Shown here: in pieces, positions 15,462 to 24,758 of the stretch
Position numbering within the stretch: position 1 is the first letter of the stretch
Layout of the letters: every line of letters begins with the position of its first letter
Assembly (NCBI GenBank): GCA_965248605.1
Contig: CBDFJV010000005.1
Coordinates: 36,355-100,354, forward strand
Direction: 5' to 3'
Origin: Dehalococcoidia bacterium
GTDB taxonomy: Bacteria; Chloroflexota; Dehalococcoidia; Lucifugimonadales; CAUZJF01
Length of the DNA stretch: 64,000 nucleotides
Program-made: the position numbers and the translations under genes
Notes under the pieces: generated by a model
What the model saw: the letters and a program-made list of their open reading frames with translations, nothing else
Databases searched by the model: none
Told to the model about the DNA's origin: nothing

Positions 15462-16736
15462 ATGCTCGATAAAGCCCTAATATCAGTAACAAGTGGTAAC
15501 GGTGGAAACGGCGCCGTTAGTGGCCGCAGGGAGAAGTTCGTCCCCGAAGGAGGCCCTGATGGTGGCGATGGTGGCAGTGGTGGGTCCGTCTTCCTCAGGT
15601 GTGACGCAGGGCTGAGCACGTTAAGCCGCTTCCGACGCAGCCGTAAGCACGTTGCGGCGGGCGGGACCCGAGGTGAGGGCCGGAAAAAGCATGGGCGAGA
15701 TGGGAAAGACATCGACGTTATGGTCCCCGAGGGAACTGAGGTTTGGCATATTGCAAATGGAGAGACACGTCTTTTCGATCTGACGAAGGACGGGCAGCGA
15801 GTACTCGTTGCTAGAGGAGGACGTGGGGGCAGGGGAAATACGCACTTCACGACATCGACCAACCGATTTTCCCTTCTGGCAGAGCAGGGTGAGGAAGGGC
15901 AGCACATTGAATTAAGGCTTGAGTTGAAGCTACTGGCCGACGTTGGGATCATCGGCGTACCCAACGCAGGGAAGTCCAGTCTACTCAGGGCAGTTAGCGC
16001 GGCACGGCCGAGGGTAGCGGACTATCCGTTCACGACTCTAGAGCCGGTCCTTGGGGTTGTTGAGCACAGGCAACGTAGCTTCGTGATGGTCGACATACCG
16101 GGGCTGGTAGAGGGAGCCCACAGTGGGAAAGGACTCGGTGACGAATTCCTCCGGCATGTGCAGAGGACGCGGATACTGGTGCATCTACTGGATGGCACCA
16201 CTGAAGACCTGACAAGCGAGTACCGAAAGATAAGGTCGGAGTTAAGCCTCTTCGACGAGAGCCTCGCTGAAAAGAGAGAGGTGGTCGTGGTGAACAAGGT
16301 AGACATCTCCGGTGTACAGGAGCGGTGCCCAGGTCTACCTGAGAGGCTGGGCGTCGACGTCGGGGATGTGTCTTGCGTTTCAGCGGTAGCCGGGTCAGGA
16401 ATAGATGAGATGCTGGACCGTGTTATCGGACTGCTCGCGGATGACAGGCAAACCGTGGGTGTCGCAGAGGAGCCGATGGACGTGGAGACGATTCCGGTGC
16501 TCAGGCCAAGCCGTTTGGACCGACGCATCGAAGTACACAAGAGGAACAGCGGGTACGTCGTCGAAGCGCCGGCGGCCGAGAGGATCGCGGCTCTGGTTGA
16601 CCGCAGCAACTGGCATGCCGTCTTGCAACTGCGCGAGCAGTTGCGGAAGCTTGGAGTCGTGGCGGCCTTGGACCGGGCTGGAGTCGGCCCCGGCGACACG
16701 GTGCGGATCGGCAAGCTGGAACTCACCTGGAACTGA
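15462..16736 (+). CDS. obg: GTPase Obg/CgtA
   Basis: Obg fold GNGGNGAVSGRREKFVPEGGPDGGDGGSGGSV and G-domain motifs GVPNAGKSS, DIPG, NKVD. Confidence 0.95.
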   Translation: MLDKALISVTSGNGGNGAVSGRREKFVPEGGPDGGDGGSGGSVFLRCDAGLSTLSRFRRSRKHVAAGGTRGEGRKKHGRDGKDIDVMVPEGTEVWHIANGETRLFDLTKDGQRVLVARGGRGGRGNTHFTTSTNRFSLLAEQGEEGQHIELRLELKLLADVGIIGVPNAGKSSLLRAVSAARPRVADYPFTTLEPVLGVVEHRQRSFVMVDIPGLVEGAHSGKGLGDEFLRHVQRTRILVHLLDGTTEDLTSEYRKIRSELSLFDESLAEKREVVVVNKVDISGVQERCPGLPERLGVDVGDVSCVSAVAGSGIDEMLDRVIGLLADDRQTVGVAEEPMDVETIPVLRPSRLDRRIEVHKRNSGYVVEAPAAERIAALVDRSNWHAVLQLREQLRKLGVVAALDRAGVGPGDTVRIGKLELTWN

Positions 16737-16737
16737 C

Positions 16738-17346
16738 ATGAAGCTAGGCGTGTTCGGTGGTACCTTCGACCCGGTCCATCTGGGCCACTTGATAATCGCC
16801 AGCGAGGTGACGGAACGGGTCGGACTCGACAAGGTACTATTCGTGCCTGCCGGCGATCCGTGGCTCAAATCCGACCAGAAAGTCAGCGCCGCTGACCACC
16901 GCATGGAGATGGTACGACTTGCGATTTCAGATGATGCACGCTTCGAGCCGTCCGCGATCGAGATCGAACGACCGGGTCCAACCCACACCGTAGACACGGT
17001 TGAGGCGCTCAGGCAACAGTACGGTGGGGGGGCCGAACTCCATCTTATCCTGGGCGCGGACCTCGTGGGCGAGTTGGGCCGGTGGTACGAATCCCGGCGT
17101 CTGCTCGAGCAAGTAATGCTCATAGTAGTGTCGAGGCCTGGCTTCGAAGAGCTGGACGTCGAAGCCCTGAAGGCGGTCCACTCGCCGGCGGCTTCCGGGA
17201 CCGTCTTTGTCGAGGGCCTCGGCGTGGGTATCAGTAGCACGGGCATACGGGACCGGGTGGCGACCGGGCGGTCGATTAGATACCTTGTGCCCTGGCGAGT
17301 CGAGCAATACATCCAAGAACACAGCTTGTACAGGGAGGCCGTATGA
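16738..17346 (+). CDS. nadD: nicotinate-nucleotide adenylyltransferase
   Basis: MKLGVFGGTFDPVHLGHL (HxGH motif) and ISSTGIRDR. The ATG lies 2 nt after the obg stop. Confidence 0.9.
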   Translation: MKLGVFGGTFDPVHLGHLIIASEVTERVGLDKVLFVPAGDPWLKSDQKVSAADHRMEMVRLAISDDARFEPSAIEIERPGPTHTVDTVEALRQQYGGGAELHLILGADLVGELGRWYESRRLLEQVMLIVVSRPGFEELDVEALKAVHSPAASGTVFVEGLGVGISSTGIRDRVATGRSIRYLVPWRVEQYIQEHSLYREAV

Positions 17347-17933
17347 CCGAGCTGGAGGCAAGTCTCAATGACCAGGCCGGAGCGATCCTCGACCTGGCGC
17401 TGCGAAAACAGGCCCTCAAGTTTGGGGAGTTCAAGCTCACCTCTGGTGCGACTAGCACCTACTACTTCGACGGGCGCCTTGTCACCCTCGACGCCGAGGG
17501 GGCGCACCGGGTAGCTACTGCGTTCTTGCCTGTGCTGAAGGAGTGCGGTGCGCAAGCGATAGCCGGGCCGACCGTGGGTGCCGACCCTATCGTCGGCGCG
17601 GTAGCCGCCTTGAGTTACCTGGACGGCCATGCTATCCCAGGGCTCATAGTCCGCATGAAGGCCAAGGGGCACGGAGCGAAGCGGATCATCGAGGGGCCGG
17701 TCGAACCCGGTCTCAGGGTGGCGGTCGTCGACGACGCCTGCAGTACCGGCGGCAGCCTGCTGCATACGATCAGGGAGGTCGAGGCCGCGGACTGCGAGGT
17801 GGTCAAGGTAATGTGCATCCTCGACCGGCACCAGGGTGGTAGCGCGGAGATCAAGCGGCTTGGCTACGACTTCCTTGCACTGCTCGGGGCCGACGAACAG
17901 GGCAACATAGCTCCGGCCGGCTTCAGGAGATAA
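17343..17933 (+). CDS. pyrE: orotate phosphoribosyltransferase
   Basis: FGEFKLTSGATSTYYFD and PRPP motif VAVVDDACSTGGS. 4-nt overlap with nadD. Confidence 0.9.
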   Translation: MTELEASLNDQAGAILDLALRKQALKFGEFKLTSGATSTYYFDGRLVTLDAEGAHRVATAFLPVLKECGAQAIAGPTVGADPIVGAVAALSYLDGHAIPGLIVRMKAKGHGAKRIIEGPVEPGLRVAVVDDACSTGGSLLHTIREVEAADCEVVKVMCILDRHQGGSAEIKRLGYDFLALLGADEQGNIAPAGFRR

Positions 17934-17946
17934 TGGGTAGATGAGG

Positions 17947-18077
17947 CTAGTAGACCGAAATCTTTGAAATGAGGGGTAGCCGAGATTGGCGTGCTACGAC
18001 GACAGGGCGGGTTTCAAACCCGCCCCTACCAAGCCGTAACCTCAGAACCCTTCAATACTAGGATGTTGGACCACTAG
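17947..18077 (+). mobile_element. 131-bp IS630-derived MITE, copy 1
   Basis: Ends ctagtagaccgaaatc... / ...gatgttggaccactag are imperfect TIRs related to the IS630 TIRs. TA flanks. Internal hairpin gggcgggtttcaaacccgccc. Identical by manual alignment to copies at 27119-27249 (inverted) and 40300-40430. Confidence 0.8.
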
Positions 18078-19316
18078 TGGTCCAACATCATTGAAATGAA
18101 TACCATGATAGTCATTGTTCCTCTTGGGGGTTCAATCGTAACGTTGAACCGAGGAGGAACCATGATGTCTACCAAGAAGTACCGTATCAGACTGACTACC
18201 GACGAACAACAGGAACTCAACGCCTTGGTCTCACGCGGTCGGGCTGCGGCGTACAAACAGACCCATGCGCGCATTCTGCTGATGAGCGATGAGTCACGCT
18301 CGGACGGGGGAATGAAGGACGCGGACATCACCAGCGCGCTCGGTGTGGGACAGTCAACGGTCGAGCGAATACGCAAGCGCTGTGTGGAGGAGGGGGTCGA
18401 GTCTGCGCTGAATCGCAAAAAGCAACTGCGTCGGCGTCAAAAGAGACTGGACGGCGAAGGTGAAGCACGGTTGATAGCGATGGCCTGCGGGGAACCGCCG
18501 GAGGGGCGTGCCAGTTGGACCCTGAAGCTGTTGGCTGACCAGTTGGTCGAGTGTGAGATAGTCGGGACCATTAGCACCGAGACGGTTCGCCAGGCGCTCA
18601 AAAAAAAACGAACTGAAGCCGTGGCTGAAGCAGAGTTGGTGCATCCCGCCCGGTCAGAGCGCGGAGTTTGTGTGCGCGATGGAAGACGTACTGGAGGTCT
18701 ACCAACGGCCGTACGATGGGAATGAGGTTCTGGTGTGCATGGATGAGACGAGCAAACAGCAAGTCAAGGAGACGCGAGTGCCGCGTCCCGCAGCGCCCGG
18801 CTTATCGGCGGCATACGACTACGAATACGAGCGCAATGGAGTGAGCAGCCTGTTCATGCTGTTTGCACCGTTGGACGGATGGCGCCGAGTCGAGGTCAGA
18901 GAGCGTCGCACGAAGGTGGACTGGGCGCATGTGATAAAGAAACTGGTCGACGAGGACTACCCTGACAGAGACCGGATCGTGCTGGTAATGGACAATCTCA
19001 ACACTCACAAGCTGTCCTCGCTATACGAGGCATTCGAGCCTGCTGAGGCGAGGCGTATAGCTGAGCGACTGGAGATACACTACACTCCCAAACACGGGAG
19101 TTGGTTGAATATGGCGGAGATAGAGATCGGTGTGCTGGCTCGACAGTGCCTGGACCGACGGATTGCCAATCAAGACATCCTGCGCGGCGAGGTCAATGCT
19201 TGGCAGAATCAACGCAACCGGGATGTGATACGAGTGGATTGGCGCTTCACTACCGAGGATGCGCGCATCAAGCTAAAGTCACTCTACCCATCAATACAAA
19301 AACGTTGAACCACTAG
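18075..19316 (+). mobile_element. IS630-family insertion sequence (about 1.24 kb)
   Basis: TIRs ctagtggtccaacatc / (rc) ctagtggttcaacg. TA at both ends (18075-76, 19314-15). Encodes an IS630-type transposase. Confidence 0.85.
18162..19308 (+). CDS. IS630-family transposase (two frames joined at an A9 run)
   Basis: The HTH N-terminal part is in frame 0. Downstream of the A9 run at 18600-18608 the +1 frame reads KKNELKPWLKQSWCIPP...DETS...NLNTH...YTPKHGSWLNMAEIE (DDE). GAGGAGG Shine-Dalgarno sequence before the ATG at 18162. Confidence 0.85.
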
Positions 19317-19981
19317 TCCTGATACGACATGGAGAGACAATCGCCAACGCCGAAGGGCGCATCCAGGGACAGACACCGCCGCCGGCCTTCCCACTATCGG
19401 ATACTGGGCGGGCCCAGGCCGAGAAGCTCCACGCCCGGTTCGAGCAGGAGGGGCTGGAGCCGACCCACGTGTACGCGAGCCCGCTGCCACGGGCCAGAGA
19501 GACAGCAGAGATCGTGGCGAGACAGTGGCCGGCACCGATCGCGTTCGCGGACGACCTCATGGAACACGACCTTGGCATCGTCTCCGGGCTGACCCGCGAG
19601 GAGATTCCCTCGAAGCACCCGGACATAGACTTCGCTCTCGAATCGGAGCGCAAGTTTGCCGGCGTTGAGGGTGCCGAGTCGCTCGAGCAGCGCCGCGACC
19701 GCGGGCGACGTGTCGTTGAGACGGTCGTCAGCGATCACACCGACGGCGACGTTGTAGTCATGTTCGCCCACGGGGGGATTATCCAGAACATAGTAGCGGC
19801 AGTGCTTCAGACGAGGCAGGCCTGGGAAATCCCGGTGCAGAACACTGCCGTCTTCGACTTCACCATCGATCCGGTCGCCTGGACGAGGGACTCCGGCGCC
19901 CTGCTCGGCAACGGGTTCCACATCGATCGCTTCAACGACGCCTCCCACCTCGACGGCCCTGCACTGTCGGCTAGCAGCTAG
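19316..19981 (+). pseudogene. histidine phosphatase (PGAM-like) gene, severed from its first 3 codons by MITE+IS630
   Basis: The frame from 19316 reads VLIRHGETIANAEGRIQGQ... (RHGET catalytic motif). Codons ATG-AGG-CTA at 17941-17949 join in frame if 17950-19315 is removed, giving MRLVLIRHGET. No in-frame start lies between the stop at 19274 and 19316. Confidence 0.75.
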
Positions 19982-20738
19982 ACGCCTGAAGTCGGGGCAG
20001 CACGAATTCGTCGATGGCCACGGCGAGGCCGTCTTCGTCGACGGATGGGGCGACGTAGTCCGCAAGAGCTAATAGCTCATCCGGGGCCCCGGCCATCGCG
20101 ACCCGAAGCCCGCTCACCTCGAACATCGGTAGGTCGTTATAGCTGTCTCCCGCTGCGATCATCTGGTGCGGAGCGACGCCGGCCAACTCGGCCAGCTTGA
20201 TTGCCGCGCTTCCCTTGTCGGTTCCGGCAGCGGTGAAGTCGACAGCCCACGTTTCGTTGTACGGGAGGAACACCTTCACGACTTGCAGGTCGTTGGAGCT
20301 CGCGAACGACGCTACCAGCTCGTCCGCCCGGCCTTCGGCGAGGTCGAGCGCCGAGATCCGTGTCATCTGGTCGGCCGTGCGGTCCAGATCAAGGGCGCGT
20401 CCTCCGGGGTATGTACCCATGTGGTTCATCCGCAGCTCCCGCAGACGCCCGATGACTCGCCGCGAGCGCTCCTCGCCTAGGGGGTCGGACCAAACGCCCG
20501 TTCCGTCGGTCGGGTCGAAGACGATCGCGCCGTTGTCGCAGACCTGCGGAGCGTTCAGGCCCAACTCTGCAGCGAACCGCATGGTTTCGGCCTGCTCCCG
20601 GCCGGTCGCGATGCTGACGTCCAGGACGCGGGCGGCTCGAGCGACGGACTCGGCCACCATAGGCGCAATCTGCTCGTCGCGGCCAATGAGAGTCCCGTCG
20701 AGGTCGAGGAGAAGGAGCCGGTAAGGATTCTTGGGCAT
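19971..20738 (-). CDS. HAD-IIB (Cof-type) hydrolase
   Basis: MPKNPYRLLLLDLDGTLIGRD and C-terminal GDSYNDLPMF. Confidence 0.8.
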   Translation of the reverse strand: MPKNPYRLLLLDLDGTLIGRDEQIAPMVAESVARAARVLDVSIATGREQAETMRFAAELGLNAPQVCDNGAIVFDPTDGTGVWSDPLGEERSRRVIGRLRELRMNHMGTYPGGRALDLDRTADQMTRISALDLAEGRADELVASFASSNDLQVVKVFLPYNETWAVDFTAAGTDKGSAAIKLAELAGVAPHQMIAAGDSYNDLPMFEVSGLRVAMAGAPDELLALADYVAPSVDEDGLAVAIDEFVLPRLQASSC

Positions 20739-20848
20739 CACGACAAACGATACTACGCGGGCGGCGGGCTCGGCCAGCAGGTATACGCCCATACGATAGG
20801 CTATAATTCGCTGGCATTCAACGATACGTGATCGTCGGAGGAACGCGA

Positions 20849-21754
20849 ATGGGAGAATACACAGCCTACTACAATGGCGAATGGATGCCCCTGAACGACG
20901 TCAGGATCGATCCGACGGACAGGGGGTTCTTCGTCGGCGACTCGGTCTTCGAAGTGGTCAGGACGTTCAACGGCAAGAGTTTCCGGATGGAGGAGCACAT
21001 CGACCGGCTCTATCGGTCTTTGAGCTATGCTCGCATAGACTCCGGGATGACGGCTCAGGAGATGATCGACCTCAGCGAGGAGGCCGTCGAGCGCAACATC
21101 GACATGCTCGGGGAGGCCGGCGACTTCAACATCCATCAGTTCGTCACACGCGGATATGGGCGACGTGCCTGGATGGCCCAGGACGCCGCGGTGTGCATCA
21201 GGATCGGGCCACTAGACTTCACCAACTACGCCGGCGCCTACGACGTCGGACTACACGGGGTGATCACGAAGACGTTGAGCTACCCACCGGAAGCGTTGGA
21301 CCCAAAGATCAAACACTACAGCCGCATGAACTTCAACCTGGCCGAGCTAGAGGCCAACGACGTCGACCCGGGCGCCCTACCGATTCTCCGGGACGAGCGG
21401 GGAAGCATCACGGAAGGCTCGGGCTACAACGTGTTCATGGTAGCGGACGGCGTGCTGCGGACCGCCGACGATCGGAGCATCCTCCAGGGCGTTTCACGCG
21501 GGATGGTCTTCGACCTCGCCCGGCAGCTGGAGATCCCTGTCCGGGAAGAGGAGCTTCAGCCCTACGACATGTACACAGCCGACGAGGCCTTCTTCGCCAG
21601 CACGACATGGTGCCTCGTGCCCGTTACGTATGTGGACAAGCGCCCCATAGGCGCCGGCAAGCCCGGCCCGATCACTAATCAGCTACTCGCGGCCTGGAGC
21701 GAGGCGGTCGGCCTTGACATCATCGACCAGGCGACCCGCCGCGCTGGGGTTTAG
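20849..21754 (+). CDS. class IV aminotransferase (branched-chain / D-amino-acid type)
   Basis: GGAGGAA Shine-Dalgarno sequence. DRGFFVGDSVFEVVRTF, EEHIDRLYRS, GSGYNVF. Confidence 0.85.
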   Translation: MGEYTAYYNGEWMPLNDVRIDPTDRGFFVGDSVFEVVRTFNGKSFRMEEHIDRLYRSLSYARIDSGMTAQEMIDLSEEAVERNIDMLGEAGDFNIHQFVTRGYGRRAWMAQDAAVCIRIGPLDFTNYAGAYDVGLHGVITKTLSYPPEALDPKIKHYSRMNFNLAELEANDVDPGALPILRDERGSITEGSGYNVFMVADGVLRTADDRSILQGVSRGMVFDLARQLEIPVREEELQPYDMYTADEAFFASTTWCLVPVTYVDKRPIGAGKPGPITNQLLAAWSEAVGLDIIDQATRRAGV

Positions 21755-21940
21755 TGCCGCGCTCTGAACGTCGGGGCCCCTCCTCAATCCTCCCCTGAGA
21801 GGGGAGGAGGTAAGACCGCACTCCTACCCCTTCCCCCGCCGGGGAAGGTTGTCGAAGATCCCGAGCCTCTCGGGGGGAAGGGGGAAACACCGCCCCTCGG
21901 CGTATTACTTACCGGGTGAGCAGTCGGGTCGAACGCCAGT

Positions 21941-22492
21941 CTAGCTTGCCTCAGCCGGAGGCGCGATGTAGTCGGCGAGGTACTTGCGTAGGAGTACGCG
22001 GGCCCTGTGTAGTCGCGACTTCAGCGCCGCCACTGTCACCTTGAGGGCTTCTGCGGCCTCGGTGTTGGAAAAGCCCTGGACGTCCCTCAGCACCACGGCC
22101 GCCCTGAGGTCCGGCTCCAGCCGGTTGATACCTTCCTGCAGCTTCTCGCCCAACTCGGTGTTCGCGGCCTCGCTGGACGGCGAACGGTCCCAGTCGGCGA
22201 TCTCCATGTCCTCGATGCCCGTCTGGGTCAGGGTCCGCGCCAGCTTGGTCTTCCGCAGTCTCATCAGCGCCGCGTTAACGGTGATGCGGTATAGCCAGGT
22301 GCTGACCCGCGATTGCCCCCGGAACCGGTCCCATGCACGGTAGGCCGACAGGAAGGCGTCCTGCGCCACGTCCTCGGCCTCCTCGGGACTCCCCATCATC
22401 CGGTAGGCAACGTTGTAGACGAAGTCGGAGTGCTTCTCGACTAGTGTGTTGAAGTCGTCGATCTCTGAGTCGTCGCTCGGCTGTTCGGTCAT
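21941..22492 (-). CDS. ECF (group IV) RNA polymerase sigma factor
   Basis: 183 aa from the ATG at 22492. Region 2 DVAQDAFLSAYRAW...STWLYRITVNAAL and region 4 VLRDVQGFSNTEAAEALKVTVAALKSRLHRAR. Confidence 0.9.
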   Translation of the reverse strand: MTEQPSDDSEIDDFNTLVEKHSDFVYNVAYRMMGSPEEAEDVAQDAFLSAYRAWDRFRGQSRVSTWLYRITVNAALMRLRKTKLARTLTQTGIEDMEIADWDRSPSSEAANTELGEKLQEGINRLEPDLRAAVVLRDVQGFSNTEAAEALKVTVAALKSRLHRARVLLRKYLADYIAPPAEAS

Positions 22493-22580
22493 GGGGTTCC
22501 TCAGATCACTGGGACGCCTCGAGCGGGTTGGAATCCCGCCGCTCGGAGGCGCATCCAATTCTAGTGAACGGCGTCTCAAT

Positions 22581-22597
22581 GTCAACGTGGCGTTGAC
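22581..22597. promoter_or_regulatory. palindrome in the sigma/anti-sigma divergent spacer (candidate operator)
   Basis: gtcaacg-tgg-cgttgac is a 7-bp inverted repeat. It overlaps a TGAAC-N16-CGTG arrangement on the plus strand, upstream of the anti-sigma gene. Confidence 0.3.
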
Positions 22598-22664
22598 CTG
22601 TTGTGGGAGCTGAACTAAAGTATACGGGCTTTGGGCAGGTAGTCCAAACTGAGGCGGAGCGGAG

Positions 22665-22937
22665 ATGAGTCTGAACGTCAACAGTGCATCGGGCCGAGAA
22701 GAGGAAGCGGACTGCCTCCACATGCGGGAGCTGTCGTCCGATTTTATCGACGGCGAGCTCGACGCGGAGACGGCCGATAGGATCCTTGCCCATCTCGAGT
22801 GGTGTCGTCCGTGCACAGCGTTCTTAAATACTCTGCGCGCGACGGTGAGCCTGCTCGGTTCATCGAAGGCTCCGGCCCCACCTGAGAGCTTCCGCGACCG
22901 TCTCTTCAGCCGGCTGCGTAAGGCCGGCTCCTCGTAG
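22665..22937 (+). CDS. soluble zinc-binding anti-sigma factor (ZAS, RsrA-like)
   Basis: HLEWCRPC (H-x3-C-x2-C) plus an upstream Cys 26 residues before the His. No transmembrane segment. 90 aa; the start may be an internal Met. Confidence 0.7.
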   Translation: MSLNVNSASGREEEADCLHMRELSSDFIDGELDAETADRILAHLEWCRPCTAFLNTLRATVSLLGSSKAPAPPESFRDRLFSRLRKAGSS

Positions 22938-23235
22938 TCTGGAGCTGGGTCCACCTGTCGTCGATCCCGCCTGACCATCTTCCTCACAATCGCCTTGGCG
23001 ACGTGTAGACCGACTCGTTGCCATTGCCTGACAGATCTATCGTTCCCAGTAGATCGCCTGGTGCGGCAGAAACCCCCGGCGATCCAGCCAAGACGGTCAG
23101 CCACACCGCCGAGGCCAAGAGCGTAACGCCAAGCAGACGGGATGCGTATCCTTGGGACAACCTATACCTCGCAGCAGGGTCTGAACGCAGCCATTACAAG
23201 CAAGGTGTGGCTTTTGAACCTACTTGCACATGGGA

Positions 23236-23694
23236 TTAGCTAGCGGCGATGTACTTAGAAGGGCACTTGACGGAGACGTTGTGGCTCTCAAACGTCCCGC
23301 TGCTCAGGTAGCTGCCCTCGAGGATGATCTCTGAGTGCTCGTTGAAGAAGAGGTCCGGTAAGACACCTTCGTGGAAGGCTTCCATGGTCGCGTCGCCGTC
23401 GGTTAGCGTGAACTGGGCCACGGTGGAGCCCTCGTCTCGGTGGAAGGAGTCGGGCACCAGCTTTCCGCTGAGCCGGATGCTCCGGCCCTCCTCGGTCGGG
23501 CCGACGTCGTGCAGCTCGCCGACCGTGTAGTAGAACAGCGTCGCGCTCTGGAACGCGATCAGCGCGAAGTAACCGAAGGCCCCAACCACCACCGCCAGGG
23601 CGATGAACACCTTGACACTGTGTGCCGAGAGCAAGCCTTCAACGGGGGCCTGCGGATAGTCTAGGGTCGAGTTCGTTTCACTCATCTCGCCCAT
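23236..23694 (-). CDS. ccmE: cytochrome c maturation heme chaperone CcmE, CxxxY variant
   Basis: N-terminal TM anchor and OB-fold region (RLSGKLVPDSF...VAQFTLTDGDATMEAFHEGVLPDLF...IILEG). The C-terminal VKCPSKY replaces the canonical HxxxY. Confidence 0.85.
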   Translation of the reverse strand: MGEMSETNSTLDYPQAPVEGLLSAHSVKVFIALAVVVGAFGYFALIAFQSATLFYYTVGELHDVGPTEEGRSIRLSGKLVPDSFHRDEGSTVAQFTLTDGDATMEAFHEGVLPDLFFNEHSEIILEGSYLSSGTFESHNVSVKCPSKYIAAS

Positions 23695-24028
23695 CCCCTT
23701 GTTGCTCTTCAGGCTGGTCCCGTTCTGCCACCACTCTCCTCAACGCGTCGAGCTCACTCTGCATCTCCCTTCGCCGCCGTGTCATCACGAAGACGTATCC
23801 AAACAGCCCCGCCCACGTGACGATAAAAACGGCGAACAGGTAAGGCAGGTTGGCTTCGGGGTCGTAGTCTTCGTCGTCCGTCTGCTGGGGCAGACTCTCC
23901 CTTTCGACGAATCCCCGGGTGTCGTTCTCCGCCGCTTCGACGCTTGTTCCCTGCAACTGGTACGCGGCGAGCGCCAGCAAGAGGACGAGGCCCAGCGTTA
24001 TCCGGACATCGAGACTGCTAGGTCGCAT
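23678..24028 (-). CDS. CcmD-like small membrane protein with extended N-terminus
   Basis: Lies between ccmC and ccmE. TM helix LPYLFAVFIVTWAGLFGYVFVM followed by RRRRE, typical of CcmD. Start assigned to the ATG at 24028. Confidence 0.45.
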   Translation of the reverse strand: MRPSSLDVRITLGLVLLLALAAYQLQGTSVEAAENDTRGFVERESLPQQTDDEDYDPEANLPYLFAVFIVTWAGLFGYVFVMTRRRREMQSELDALRRVVAERDQPEEQQGDGRDE

Positions 24029-24758
24029 TCCGGTATAGCTCGTCGATCCCGGCCTCCGAGCGCCGGAGATTGTATCGCTCGACAAAGAGGTAAATGTAGA
24101 GGATGGTGAAGGTCAGGACGGAGACCCAGAGGGTCAGCTGCATTCTAGAGTCGAGGCCGCCGGACTCGGCAAGAGGACCGATGTTCAGCTCAGGGTGCTG
24201 CGTCCGCCACCAGACCGTGGCCATGTATATGATCGGGGTGTCGATGGCGCCTATCAATGCGACGACGGCGCCGTACCGCGCGCCCTGTGAGCCCTTGGGC
24301 CCGTAGGCCCGCAGCATGAGATAAGCGACGTAGATGAACCACAGGATCAGTGTCGTCGTGAGCCTGGCGTCCCAGGTCCACCACCGTCCCCAGGCCGGCT
24401 TGTTCCAGATTATTCCGGTGATGAGCAGCAGCGAGATGAACACCACGCCGATCTCGGCGGCGGCGTAGGCCATGCTGTCCCACTTCTCCTTGCGGGTGAT
24501 GAGATGCATGGCGCTGGCGAACGCGACTACAACTATGGAGATCATGCCGAGCCAAGCCAGCGGCAGGTGGAGGTAGAAGATCCTCTGCGACACGCCGAGG
24601 TTGACTTCCGTCGGGACCCACATGTACACGAGGTACAGGGTCAAGGCCATCAGACCCGCGGTGGCGATGAGGAGCAGGTCCCAGGTGGTGCTCCGGGTAG
24701 TCCTTCGTGGCGCTTCTGGCGCTATCGCTGCCATCTTGTGCAATATATCACAAGCCAT
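24018..24758 (-). CDS. ccmC: heme exporter/lyase component CcmC
   Basis: Trp-rich WWD-type motif PAWGRWWTWDARLT. Multiple TM helices. Confidence 0.9.
   Translation of the reverse strand: MACDILHKMAAIAPEAPRRTTRSTTWDLLLIATAGLMALTLYLVYMWVPTEVNLGVSQRIFYLHLPLAWLGMISIVVVAFASAMHLITRKEKWDSMAYAAAEIGVVFISLLLITGIIWNKPAWGRWWTWDARLTTTLILWFIYVAYLMLRAYGPKGSQGARYGAVVALIGAIDTPIIYMATVWWRTQHPELNIGPLAESGGLDSRMQLTLWVSVLTFTILYIYLFVERYNLRRSEAGIDELYRNAT

Noticed and set aside
16395-17831. 478-aa ORF on the minus strand
   Set aside because: It lies antisense to the well-supported obg 3' end, nadD and pyrE. It is Arg/Pro/Gly-rich with no motifs, the typical shadow ORF of high-G+C DNA.
21941-23104. 387-aa version of the sigma factor ORF
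   Set aside because: The ~200-aa N-terminal extension overlaps the anti-sigma gene on the other strand and has no sigma region. The ATG at 22492 gives a standard 183-aa ECF sigma.
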